Origin: the human T2T-CHM13v2.0 reference genome, Homo sapiens
Reading direction: 5' to 3' (one strand)
Length of the DNA: 64,000 bases
Assembly: GCF_009914755.1 (NCBI RefSeq)
Contig: NC_060925.1
The position numbers were made by a program, and so were the translations under genes. The notes beneath the pieces were generated by a model that saw nothing but the letters and a program-made list of their open reading frames with translations, was not told the origin of the DNA and ran no database searches. Position 1 is the stretch's first letter. Every line of letters starts with the position of its first letter. Below are positions 51,521 to 64,000 of this stretch, one piece after another.

Positions 51521-54500
51521 ATGAAAATGTTATTGAAGAGATGAGGAAGCATTAAAGTAGGATAATATTTTCCCAGAAGAACTTATGGCCAACTTTACAT
51601 CTGGAACCTGGTTACATCTATAACCTTACCTCCCACCACGCTCCTGCCTCTTCACTGTTTTAGCTCCTTTGGAGTCCATTGACCAACCAATTAAAAGTAA
51701 CTAAGCTGTCTCTCCAACACATCCTAGCCCTTGCCACTACCTGTTAATTGATTAATAATTATTATTTTGTATTGTTTATTCTGGTTGTTGTTCCCTCATA
51801 TCTAAGGAATAATCTCAATGACAGCAGAGATCATGCTTTTCTAACCTAACACTTTATCTCCGGGGCTTAGAAAACCAAGTTATGTAAGAGTTTGATATTC
51901 GATGACTGAAGAAATGAATATAGAGGCAGGGTGAGAAATTGAAGATTAAGTGAGTAGGACATTAATAATTAATCAGATCAATAAAGTTCTTTTTGGAAAT
52001 TCAATCTGAGAAATATTGAGAAAGTCTAATTGTTAGGAAACTGGCACAAAAAGGGAACAGTTTTCTTTTGGAGACCATCCTAAGGAACAATGAACTGCAC
52101 CTACTGAAACAGAAAGATAAGTCTTATCTCTAGAGTTTCCTGGGCCCTAAATGACTTTCTAGGTCTATTTTCCATGAAGTCCAACAAGATAATTGCTCCT
52201 GTTTCATCTCTGGAATTGTGAATTTGTATTCTCTAATGTGATGTCTGTTTTTACATCATACCTTTATAACTTAGTGTAGTCTGAATAAAATCTGTTATAA
52301 ACATAAGAACACAATGCAAAGATCAATCAGTTCTCTTCAGGTCCCTCTCAAAACAGATATTTTATTTGCTTATTAGTGGGCTATTTTTCTGTCTTACTTA
52401 TTTTAAATAATTCAAAAGTAGAGTCCACTTTTCACATCATTTTATCTACGTAGACCATGTTCAGTCAGGGAAGATGATTAGAAACATCACTTTTCTATCT
52501 TCTACCAGCCTCATTGGTCTTAGGAGTTTCTAAAAATAGGAAGATCTCCGGGAGCATTGCTATCCATCAATGTATAATTAGAAGGACACTGAAAGAATTA
52601 CCTAATCAACCATACTTCAATGATATACCCTCCCCTGTGATTCCTTAAATGTCTGTTTTTGAAAGGCCCTCTAACTAGAAGCATACTTAAGTTATAAAAC
52701 TATAGTTGTCAATATGTGAAATTTTCAATACCAGAAGTTGTAATAATAAAAAAGTAGAGTATTATTGAGAAGGATGCACAAGAAGAGAAACTGGCCTAAA
52801 AATAAGTGTTATGTTTTTTAAAAACATCAATGTTAGTACTTTTATTTCCTTTCTGCAGCAAACTTGCTGCCACTGTTTTACATTCTATTTGAATACTATT
52901 TCACTTGTTGCTTTTTTTTGTCCCATCTGCAGAAATGTTTTATCATATGTTTGAATGATTGATCAATAAATAGAAAGGTTATACACGTATACCTCCCAAA
53001 GAATAATGGTCTCCTAGTTGTCTTTCAAGTACTTGTCAAGCTGCTTGTTGTTTTGTCACAACCTGCTTTCCCTTTTCCAGCAAAAAATGACAGGAAAAAA
53101 AATGTAGAACAGAAAAATTCCAGAGACTATTAGAGTGATCATCTCATTTTCCAGATGTAAAAAACTAAAATCTTGAGAGATGACACAACTTCATAAGGAT
53201 CACCGTGAGAGTCCCTGGCCTATGTTAAATCAACCAGCCATTTGTGACAGTAAGAAATCCAGGCAACCAAAACCTTATTACCTTTGTGAAAGGTACTATA
53301 GTGCCATATTTGCTGTGGGGCCTGTAGTAAATATTTATTAATTTCAATTAGAACAAATGTGTGAGGGGTACACGTTCCATTCTAAGTGTCGTTTCACTTA
53401 ACAACAACATTCATGGTGACCTTTGTCTCATTGTGTAAGTTATGCCAAGACTTTATACATGTGTTGTTTAAAAATTTTTGTTAGTTTTATATGTCCTAGT
53501 TTCCAGCCCTTTCCAAGTAAATTTAAAAGTAAAACAAGAAACTGATTATACACTTGGCCAATATGGAAAATAGTGCGGTTCTGTGATTACATTTTTTTAA
53601 ACATCTGTATTATGTATGTTCTTTGGAGCCAATCCATTTTATCAGTTAATTACATAAGTAGGGCATTTTTTATAACATATTATGCACTTCTTAGAATGGG
53701 ATGGCTTCTTGAAAGCCATTCTGGTCTATCATATAATTAAGTAATTAAGCTTGATGCTCAATAAAGAAAATACCCTTTGAATAATTAGTGAAAAAGAGGG
53801 ACCATAAGCAGTGTGCAATATGTTTTCTTTCACAAACTTGTTACTGAAAACATAATGTATCATGGTAATACACATCCTTGATTAGCATAATATGAAAATG
53901 ATGGAACAGTATTTTTTACTATAATGAAAACATCAAGAACAATTTACTCACATATAAATATAATTTCCACATAGTAAAATCTAGACTCATTTGATTGCTA
54001 AGCAAAGAAAGGTGAGTTGTTATTAAGATAGTATAAAAATATGCTTATATTTTAAAAAGAAACTAAACAAAGGGTAAAATTCACTCAGAAACAGATTATA
54101 ATCTTGATGTTACCTTGTTTTCTTTGTAGGCCTCATTTTAAGTTTATTTTAATTAAAAAATTTATTTTAGGTGCGACAAATAGATTAGTTATACTTTAAG
54201 ACTTTGTTCAAAAATTGTATCATTTTAAAATAAGTGAGTTTACAAGAAAATGAAGAAAATAAATAATGTAAAATAGTTATAAAGAACATCACAATTTTGT
54301 TTGAGCCTCAATTAGAATTAATTTTACAAATTATTACAACACAGATCAGAGAGTAGACTCATTTCTAAATATTAAGTTAAGTAAATTCCTAGATCATTTA
54401 ATACCCCTTTAGTGGGAACCAATGATCCATTTTTGTAGCAGCACTTAGAAGAGACAAGGCTGCTGGCCACCCAGGGACAAGTGGCCTGGGACCTGAGCAG

Positions 54501-54599
54501 ATCAATACTTGAGCTATAAACACATGCTTGGCATTCTAAAGACGGGACACACAGCTTGGGGAAATCATCAATACAATATGATGATTTCAGTAAAAGTCA

Positions 54600-55060
54600 T
54601 GGGATATAGGAGAAGTTGATTAAATTATTGCTGGAGCTTAGCAGAGGCTTCAAGTAAGTGAAGAATGACTAAGAGGGTTCCAGGCAGGAAAAAAAAACAA
54701 ATGGAAAGGACGTTGTAACAAGAAGGACAACACTTGTAAACACTCAGAACCATGATTAAAGCATTTTTATGATCAGGGAAATGCAAGTAATTTTATATTG
54801 CAGATATATTGAAGGGAAGTTGGAATTGAAGTTACCTGTGGCAGGAAATGAGGCAAGAATTCAAGCAGAATCTAAATCTTTGAAGACCTTTGTGTCTTAC
54901 TAAGCAATGTGAACATTCTTCTCTACTTAATGGCAAGCTCTTAAATGGTTTTAAGCAAGAGATTTGAATGACCAGAAAGATAATATGAAAGTTCATTATA
55001 GCAGATGAAAAGGGGAACTGATGGGAAAAGGAAGAGGTCAGAGGTGCAAGACCTAAGTGC
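54600..55060 (-). mobile_element. L2 fragment
   Basis: TTCCAGGCAGG...GGAAATGAGGC...AATGGCAAGCTCTTAAATGGTTTTAAGCAAGAGA, an antisense L2 pattern. Confidence 0.55.
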
Positions 55061-55070
55061 CAAAAAAATA

Positions 55071-55787
<717 letters not shown>

Positions 55788-55887
55788 ATTCAGAAGAGAA
55801 GGTCTAAACTGAAAAAAGTAGTAGTGGAAATCAGAGAGTAACTTCACCATTGATAGGACTTGGGCAGATGAAATAAAAGAGAACGAG

Positions 55888-56351
55888 TGTGGTGGTCAGC
55901 TTCCAAGATAGCCTCCAGTGATTCCCGGTCTCCTGGATTTTATAGCTTTGTATAGTTTCCTGTAATGTTGGACTAGATTTGTTCTCTGTGACAAATAGAA
56001 TACAGAGGAATTGATGGTATGTCCCTTTTGAGATTAAATATAAAAGATATTGCATCTTCCTTTTGGGGTATACAATCTCTCTCTTTTGGATCATTTCCTC
56101 TTGGAGAAACTAGCTATATGTGCTGAGAAGCCCTGTGGAGAGGCCCATGCCAACAATATGCATAAGCCATCTTGGGCACAGCTTCTCCAACCTCATTCAA
56201 GCAATCAGATGGCTGAGGTCTCAGCTAATAGTTCCACTGCAACTTCATGAAGCACCCTGAGGCAGCACCACACAGCTCTAGAATATTATTTACTATATTT
56301 TAATCTTCCAAGCTTTGAAGTATTTTTTAATTCAGTAGAATAACTAATATA
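55888..56351 (+). mobile_element. MaLR LTR, MLT1F-like
   Basis: TGTGGTGGTCAGCTTCCAAGATAGCCTCCAGTGATTCCC...GCCCTGTGGAGAGGCCCATG...TAACTAATATA. Confidence 0.8.
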
Positions 56352-56375
56352 AAGGGGAATAAAAAATGACGCCCA

Positions 56376-56865
<490 letters not shown>

Positions 56866-57149
56866 TCAACTAAATATAATGATTTAGGTCAATGATAAGC
56901 AAGAAAGTGTGTTTGAGAAATTACTAAATTTACCCTAATATAGGTAGCTTAATTGAAGAACTGCAATCCAGTTGCTACTGAATATATTTTGAAGATGATA
57001 AGTCTGTAGCATCTCGCAACTATCGGCTGAATAATGCCTAATCTCATTGGCCTTAACTTACTTCCCCAGCATTACTTCCAGCTAACATTTCATACACACC
57101 CTATATTTTATTAAATGTATCTTGCTATTATCACACTCTCTGAAATAAT

Positions 57150-57500
57150 TTCTCAATCTCAGTGTTTTTTTCGTATTGGGTTTCCTGATAACAACTAATT
57201 TTGCTAATCAAATTCTTTCTCTGTATTCTCAGTTCAAAAGTCATGTTCTTTGTTAAAACTTTCCTCAATACTTCCAAGAGAATTCGCTGTCTCTCCTTCG
57301 AACTGTCAAATTCAACATACGCTACAGGGATATTACATGTTACAAATGGAGTTACATAATAGTTACACTTATTTGTGCCTATCTCCAAATGGAATATAGG
57401 CTTTTGGGGTCATGGAATATTCATTTATTTTAAAACACTACAGAACCCAAGGGGATGTCTTGCATGCTCTAGATCTTATGCCTCCTAAATGAATAAATAC
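57150..57500 (+). mobile_element. L2 fragment
   Basis: CTCAGTTCAAAAGTCATGTTC...AAACTTTCCT...ATGGAATATAGGCTTTTGGGG...AATGAATAAAT. Confidence 0.55.
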
Positions 57501-58035
57501 ATTACATGCCTTAGCTACACAAATATATGTCAGCTCACTTCAAAGTGGTGAGTTATTCCAGTAATAGAATTTCACTATAGAGAGGTTGTATCATACAGTT
57601 AATGTATTTTCTTGATTCTATAATTGCATTTAATCATATCTAACTTTCTTTAAATGTAGATAATTGTTACTGATAATATCAAGTAAGTCAGCAGCTCTAA
57701 GCCAAAGGAATACATTTTGATGCATTTATTATTTCTAGCACATGTGCAACATATTCAAAGAAGTTGTTCATGATTTTCACAACAGCTGAATTATTTATCT
57801 TGACAAACCCCTGAAATATGGGTATTCACTAAAATGTGGATTCTTAAATGTTATTTAAATGTCCTGAAAAATGTCATCCTGTGTTTCAGTCCTGTAGAAA
57901 TATTATATCATTTATGAGGATGATTTGTTGTCACATTCATACAAAATAACTAAAGAAATTGCCAAATATCTCACAGTATATCTTGGCAATTTAATGTAGT
58001 GGTCAGGCTGACATGATGAGCTTATAAAACTTGCA

Positions 58036-58089
58036 GGGCTACTACATACATGCCAACCATCTGGGCTACTACATACATGCCAAATATCT
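58036..58089 (+). repeat. 27-bp tandem duplication
   Basis: GGGCTACTACATACATGCCAACCATCT / GGGCTACTACATACATGCCAAATATCT. Confidence 0.9.
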
Positions 58090-58934
58090 GTTAATAACTT
58101 CTGACACACTTTCAGGTAAATTTATTTAAATTATAACATCCTCTAGCCTCTGTCACAGACTAAGTAGAAAATAAAGATAGAACCTCAAGAATCTTCACTA
58201 TGCTAAAAAAGTGTATCATCAAACCTAAAGGAGTTTATGGAATCAGATTACAAATAGAGCCACTGTATTGCACAGACACAGAGAGTACCTTTCACATAAT
58301 ATAAAGATTGAATGGTATATTTTGAAGGTATACAAAGAAGGAGATATGTTAACAAGCCCAATTTTGGAACATAGTGTTTTAGCCTGATGTTATGCAAACC
58401 ATTTGATTGCCAAAAAATTCATGAAGAATGTGTAACAACCATTAATTCTATTCTGATCTTCCATAAGATAGTAGTAATTATATGAAAGTGTACACTCTTG
58501 ATAGTACTTTTTCACGTGTGCATGTTTAGATTGTATTCTGTTATTTTTTAAATTTATGTCCCTCAGTTTGTTTTCCTATGAATCACACAGCTAAAATAGC
58601 AAAATGTTAAAGTTAGAATATATGGTACCCCTGATCCAAGAGAGTGTTCTATCAATTTAACTTAGCTTCATTTCTGTTTATTTAATTAAAAGCCTTTGCA
58701 AGGTGCTACAGTTTTTCATTTGAGGAGAGATGGCAGTTAAAGGACTTCATTGTGTTTGTTTCTTCTGTTTTGAGAGAGTCAAGTGAAGACAGAGCATAAA
58801 AATATCCATGTAATTAGAATGTGTATAACTCATAGACTTGAGAAATACGTATTTTCTCTTTATTCCATTTTGTTTCATTGTGTATGTGTGTGTGTGTGTA
58901 CATGGAGAAAGAGAGAGACAATAGGCTCTTTTTC

Positions 58935-59990
58935 TAAAATACATATGTATAACTGAAGAGGGCATATGTTCTTTTGACAAAACTGACTTCAGTAGAGATG
59001 TTATTCATAAATTTGAGTGAAAATGAATACGGAGTGAATCAGGATCTATGCTCTTTTCTTTTACTGATGTCAAAAATAAAATTCCTAATTTTTAAATGAT
59101 TTAACTTTGCCATAGTAAAGCTTGAAAATTATGGTTAAATTTCCTCATCTGCTGGAGTTTTAACCTTTCTTTGCATAGGCTTATGTACAATTAGAGATAT
59201 TGAATTAATGCATCTGATATTTCTTCATATATTCCTGGGATTTGGGATTTGAGGAGTTTCATCTTTTTATTAGCCTTGAAGTTGGTTGTTTTATTTACTG
59301 TTAAGACACTGTGAATCTTTAGTAAAATGTTATTTGTTTTTGAAAGAAAATGTTCGTTTTATATTTGTCTTCAGTAATTCAGTAATTATTCCATATATAT
59401 GAATTGCATTTACTATGCTCTTTTTCTACTTGGAGTATTTGAGCTTCATTTTCCCTTTCTGAACTTTTCTATAAAAACCATATCATTATGTATCTTTATT
59501 GTACAACCTCATATTCTTTGCTTTCCTATAAAGTATTGCTAGATATATAAAAGATAGATAGATTTTACAGCATTTTAAAAGAAACATCATTCAATATTAA
59601 TTTTAATTGCTTAAAATTCTTCTGGACAATTAAAATATTATTTATTGACCCATCACTTTGTGAAGGTTTATTCTTCAACTCAAAATTGAGTACAATTGGA
59701 TTATGATCTGATAAATCTGTTGTAAGAATATTACATTTTTCTGTCTTGAAGATTCTCCCCGGGCAGTAAACAATAATCAATTCCAGTGTGTCATTTATTT
59801 ATTACAGGGAATATGTAAAGTCTTTTTCATTAAGATGTGTTCAATCCTCATGGTTCACGTTGCAATATAAAATTATATTTTAGTTGATTATAAGTTGATA
59901 TGTGTTTCATTATGATATATCAATCTTCATAAATGACTAATGCACAAAAACAAATTTAAATTTGCAAAGTTACTATCATGTTTTTCTTTT
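58935..59990 (-). mobile_element. Very old LINE ORF2 relic (APE endonuclease to pre-RT region), L1/Tx1-like
   Basis: Colinear degraded motifs across frames: HLNEKDFTYS, TGIDYCLL, CNILTTDLSDHNPIVL, W.INNIL, TL*ESK..GCTIK, EEISDALIQYL*LY, KSIDPDSLRIHF, EHMPSS. Confidence 0.6.
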
Positions 59991-60411
59991 CTTTAAGAAA
60001 ATCTGAACATGTAATTATTTTCCTGTTGCACTTGATAAATGGCCTAAGTCAAAACAAATGCTTTAATAATTTCAAATATATAATATATACTGGAGTCATT
60101 ATTCATAGTTAAATATATTTTTACTTCTGATAAACTTCTGGGCTTCTCAGAGTGACTAAAAGTAGTAAAAATTTTTGTTTACAGGATTGGAGAAAAACAC
60201 ATACTGACAACCCTAATTATAAATAGGTATCTTAAAGAATGAGCTGTTTGCATAAGACCCAACAAAGAAAGATGGACTTCGTGCCAGCTAATAATTTGAT
60301 GTCATTTCTTATGTATTTGTCCATCCTATATTTCTTCATGAGCATTGCATGAGGAAAGAGAAAAGAAGAAGGGCCACTGGTAGTAGAACATTTTCTTTTC
60401 TTTACTGAGCT

Positions 60412-60823
60412 TGCTGTAAACTGAACTGTGTCCTCCCCAATTTCATATGTGGATATCCTAATCCCCAGTGTGACTGTATTCAGCAATAGGGCCCCTAAGG
60501 AAGTAACTAAGTTGAAATGAAGTCATAAGGGTAGGGCAGAGCCCTGGTCCTGAAGGATTAGTGTCCTTATAAGAAGAGACACAAGAGAGCTCTCTCTTGC
60601 CTCTCTCGGGTCTCTGTCTGTCTCTCTTTCTTTCTTTGCCACGTGACGACACAGCAAGAAGTTCCCAAATGCAAGTCAGGACGAGAGATCTCAACAGAAC
60701 CCAATGGTGCTAGTGCCCTGATCTTGGATACTCAATTTCTCCAGAACTGAGAAAACAAATTTCTGTTGTTTAAGCAACCCAGTCTATGATACTTTGTTAT
60801 GAAAGCCCAAGCTGATTAATAAA
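60412..60823 (+). mobile_element. MaLR LTR, MLT1A-like
   Basis: TGCTGTAAACTGAACTGTGTCCTCCCC...CCTAATCCCCAGTGTGACTGTATT...GGATTAGTGTCCTTATAAGAAGAGACAC...AAATTTCTGTTGTTTAAGC. Confidence 0.88.
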
Positions 60824-61454
60824 GGCCTTGAACAATTAGGTTCCTGCAAATTTATTAATACAATGGAATACATTTACCTTCTTCGGAAAGGTAGATCTAG
60901 AGCATTACTTGAGAGTGTTGTATAACCCCAAGGGATCCCTTATTGTATGTCTTCCAACAATATACTGCATTTTCCCTGTATTTGGTTTTCTCGATCCTAG
61001 TACACTTCCAGTGGTATTTAGCACCTTTTATTAGACTTGCATCTTAGGCCTTCTACCAGAATGGCAGACTTCTAATTCAGATTTTATTACTGTTATACAT
61101 CTGTATAATTTATTACCAACTCTGGCACTATAGACCCCTTAATCACGACATTTAGCTTGTTGAATCAAACATTAAAAATGCTATCATCAGCTCCTGAACT
61201 ACCCATACCAAATTTTAATGTTTAAATGATGATCTTCTGATCATAGGATAAATAAAACAAAAATAACACAATTATTATTTAATGAAAGCATACAATATTA
61301 CTAATCTCTTGGTGCCATCCTGTTGATAAAGTGAAACATTCTTAAAGGCAAACAAAACCCATAATGACTTTGTATAACTACACAGTCATCTCTGATTATT
61401 TTTCCCTTTTTAAATTATGTCGTAATCACACTAAGTTCTGAGTGTCAAAAACTG

Positions 61455-61945
61455 TAAAAGTGAGTGAGTTTATTTGCAGCCCTTCTCATCAAGAAGAATG
61501 GTGTGTTTCCCCTTCCGTTGTATCTGTGTTGGTCTTGTGATTCGCTTTCACAAGTAGACTGCAACAAAACATTTGTGAGTACTGAACATGGGCCATAAGA
61601 AGCTTTGTATTCTAATATTCTTGATCTTGGAACTCAGCAAGCATTACGTGAGCAAGTCTGGGCTAGCTTGTTGAAGTATGAGTGATCATATGGAGAGAGG
61701 CCACAGATGCTTCAGCTTTCTCAAAGGCAGATGTCATAAAGGAATTAGCCTAAGCCAGTCCACAGGTGACCAACGACGCATTAGTGAATGTAGCCAAGAT
61801 TAGTGAAGGTAAGCTGAAATCAGAAAAAGCATTCAGCTGAAAACCGCACAAATTGTTCACCTGCAAAATTCTGAGCAAAATGTTTATTCTTTTAAGCTAC
61901 CAAATTTTGGAGTAGTTTGTCACAAAGCAAAATCTAACTATTATA
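61455..61945 (+). mobile_element. MaLR LTR, MLT1G/H-group
   Basis: CTTCTCATCAAGAAG...GTGAGCAAGTCTGGGCTAGC...ATATGGAGAGAGGCC...TTTTAAGCTACCAAATTTTGGAGTAGTTTGT. Confidence 0.7.
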
Positions 61946-62685
61946 GAATTATTTCCCTTTCTCAGATTACTCTCATCAAAGTACCCTCCCTCCCATTAAT
62001 CTTCAGGGTTCAACACTGATGACCATTAAAGTCTAATATTTACCTCATACAATTTTCAGAAAGATAGTGTGGTTTGAATTGCTTGTGTAATCCTTAACAA
62101 TCTCTGTACATAGTAATAACAGTCTCTGATTGGCAGGGTCTGTGACATGTTGCTCCAACAAAGGAAACAGTGATGATGATATACCATGACTAACAGATGA
62201 ATCCAAACCACATGGAATAGAGGAATAGCTGTTTTCCAAAAAAAAATCGAGAAGTAATCATTCTAGAGAATGAAAGTTTGAAAGTAATCTGAGCTTTGGA
62301 AAGCATTAGCCTCTACAATCTATTTCTCTCTCTTCCCTGTGTGTGTATATGTCAGCCTGGGCATGCTTCTACATATCACACCCTAGACATATTTATATTT
62401 ATCACATTTTATCTGCTTCTTATCTGTCTTCAGACAAAATTATCAATTCCTGGCAGATAGGGGCAATATTTTATTCATATCTATTCCCACAAAAATTAAC
62501 ACAGTGCCAGACACATTTTAGACAATCAGATATTTGTTGAATTAATAAATGAATTAATATGTCATAAGCTTTGCATACGTTGTATTTTATCTTCACAACC
62601 TTGCAAATTATTTGTTATTATTTTAGATGTGAAAAAGATATAAAATGAGTCAATACTTAAAAGTAAAAATCACCTGCAGAATCAT

Positions 62686-62686
62686 G

Positions 62687-62730
<44 letters not shown>

Positions 62731-62982
62731 CTTGCTGTGTCACCCAGGCTGGAGCACAGTGGCATTATCTCAGCTCACTGCAATCTCTGCCTCTCTGGTT
62801 CAAGTGACTCTCCTGCCTCAGTCTCCAAGTAGCTGGGACTACAGGCTAACTTTTATATTTTTAATAGCGATGGGGTTTCACCAGGTTGACCTGGCTGGTC
62901 TCGAACTCCTGAACTCAAGTTATCCACCCACCTCAGCCTTCCAAAGTGCTGGGATTACAGGCTTGAGCCACTGTGCCTGACC
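62686..62982 (-). mobile_element. Old Alu (AluJ/Sz-like) whose tail has become a (TA)n(GA)n microsatellite
   Basis: GAGTCTTGCTGTGTCACCCAGGCTGGAG...CTCGAACTCCTGAACTCAAG...AAAGTGCTGGGATTACAGGC, with a small internal deletion. Flanks AGAATC. Confidence 0.9.
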
Positions 62983-63734
62983 AAGAATCCTTAAAGGCAC
63001 AAAATATTTACTATTAATTGAAAAAAAAAAAAGGATGTGGGAAAGTATACGCCATCTGCGAGGTGCTTGTATACGAGGTAAGGTATGTTGTTAAAGATGC
63101 CCACAGGTGAATATTATGCAATGATCACTCTCTGCTTCCGTCCTTAAGCATGATTAAAGCTAACCTGTGACATCATAGATAATAATATTAAACTCATTAA
63201 AATATTTATAAATAATGAAGGTAAAGTTTCCAGCCAGCCCAAGGCCTAAAAGTGATGATAATAAAAATGCTATCCCCCTTTTATTTATTTAAAATCACAC
63301 TGATTTCCTTGTAAACTATACTTAGTAGCAGAATGTAGAAATATTTTATGGTCTAAATTATTTCTGTCAAAATAAGCTGGATTGAACAAAATCCTTCAAT
63401 TTCACTGATTTACTCCCTCAGCAATTGAACATAATCACTGAACAATTCTTGGACTGATCTGGGACTAATGGGTAGCTGAAATGACTAATTCATAAGTTCT
63501 TCAGAAAATGGAATATGCATTGCCAATTTGTACAATATTTTCAAACTTAAAAGCTCTATGTCCAGTAGTTCTGCAGCCCTGATGTAGATAACTACATTTT
63601 TTTAAACTAAAGTCTTGATGTTTTTATTCAAGGAATAATGAGACACTAAAGCATCTTGGAGTTCACCAGTCAGAGTTCTAACCCAGTGCATTCTTGCCTT
63701 AAATTCCCTCAACCACATGCGTTATACAAGTTCT

Positions 63735-64000
63735 TTTTTAACATCTCATACAATTTTCAAATGTACAGAAAGGATTATACAGTGGAAACCCATACACCAC
63801 TGCTTAAATTTTTCAGTTAACTTTTTTGCTATACCTTCTTTCTGATACATCCATTCTTTTATACATTATCCTATACATCCATTGTCCAATCATTTATCTT
63901 TGATAGATTTTTAGTTGCAAATAGTGTTACACTAAAGCCTTCAGCATGCATATAAGTAAATCCAGAATGTGACTTCTTTAAAATTCTTTATATTCTGTGA
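63735..64000 (-). mobile_element. Old L1M (MC/ME-type) 3' end fragment
   Basis: AATTTTCAAATGTACAGAAAG...ACAGTGGAAACCCATACACCAC...AGTTGCAAA...CTTCAGCATGCAT. Confidence 0.6.

Noticed and set aside
63045-63085. Small CpG cluster with YY1/CTCF-like CGCCATCTGCG and a GAG|GTAAGG donor
   Set aside because: Only three CpGs, imperfect motifs and no acceptor or promoter context.

Overview
AT-rich, CpG-depleted primate genomic DNA, most likely human or another hominoid (AluY/AluS, L1PA, THE1 and MST elements present). It looks like a long intron or gene desert. I recognise no intact protein-coding gene, tRNA, rRNA or CRISPR array. The long ORFs in the track come from L1, Alu, LTR or ERVL sequence, or are chance. 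The window opens with a near full-length, decayed L1PA (about L1PA7/8). It also carries a truncated L1PB, old L1M pieces, nine Alus or Alu stubs, many MaLR/ERVL/ERV1 LTRs, two ERVL proviral remnants, DNA-transposon MITEs (Tigger3a, MER53, MER94, MER5), L2/MIR fragments and microsatellites. Family names are from recall of consensus sequences and need Dfam/RepeatMasker confirmation. The least ordinary observations are: (1) a ~1 kb, very degraded LINE ORF2 relic at ~58.9-60.0 kb whose motifs look more like non-mammalian L1/Tx1 than primate L1; (2) an RTE-clade RT relic at ~19.4-19.7 kb; (3) a probable ancient L1 3' transduction at ~25.8-26.0 kb; (4) several deletion junctions carrying templated inverted or direct insertions; (5) a tail-less AluY closely inverted to another AluY; (6) candidate small exons or a recursive splice site near 29.6 and 30.5 kb. 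I did not find convincing evidence of a novel biological system.
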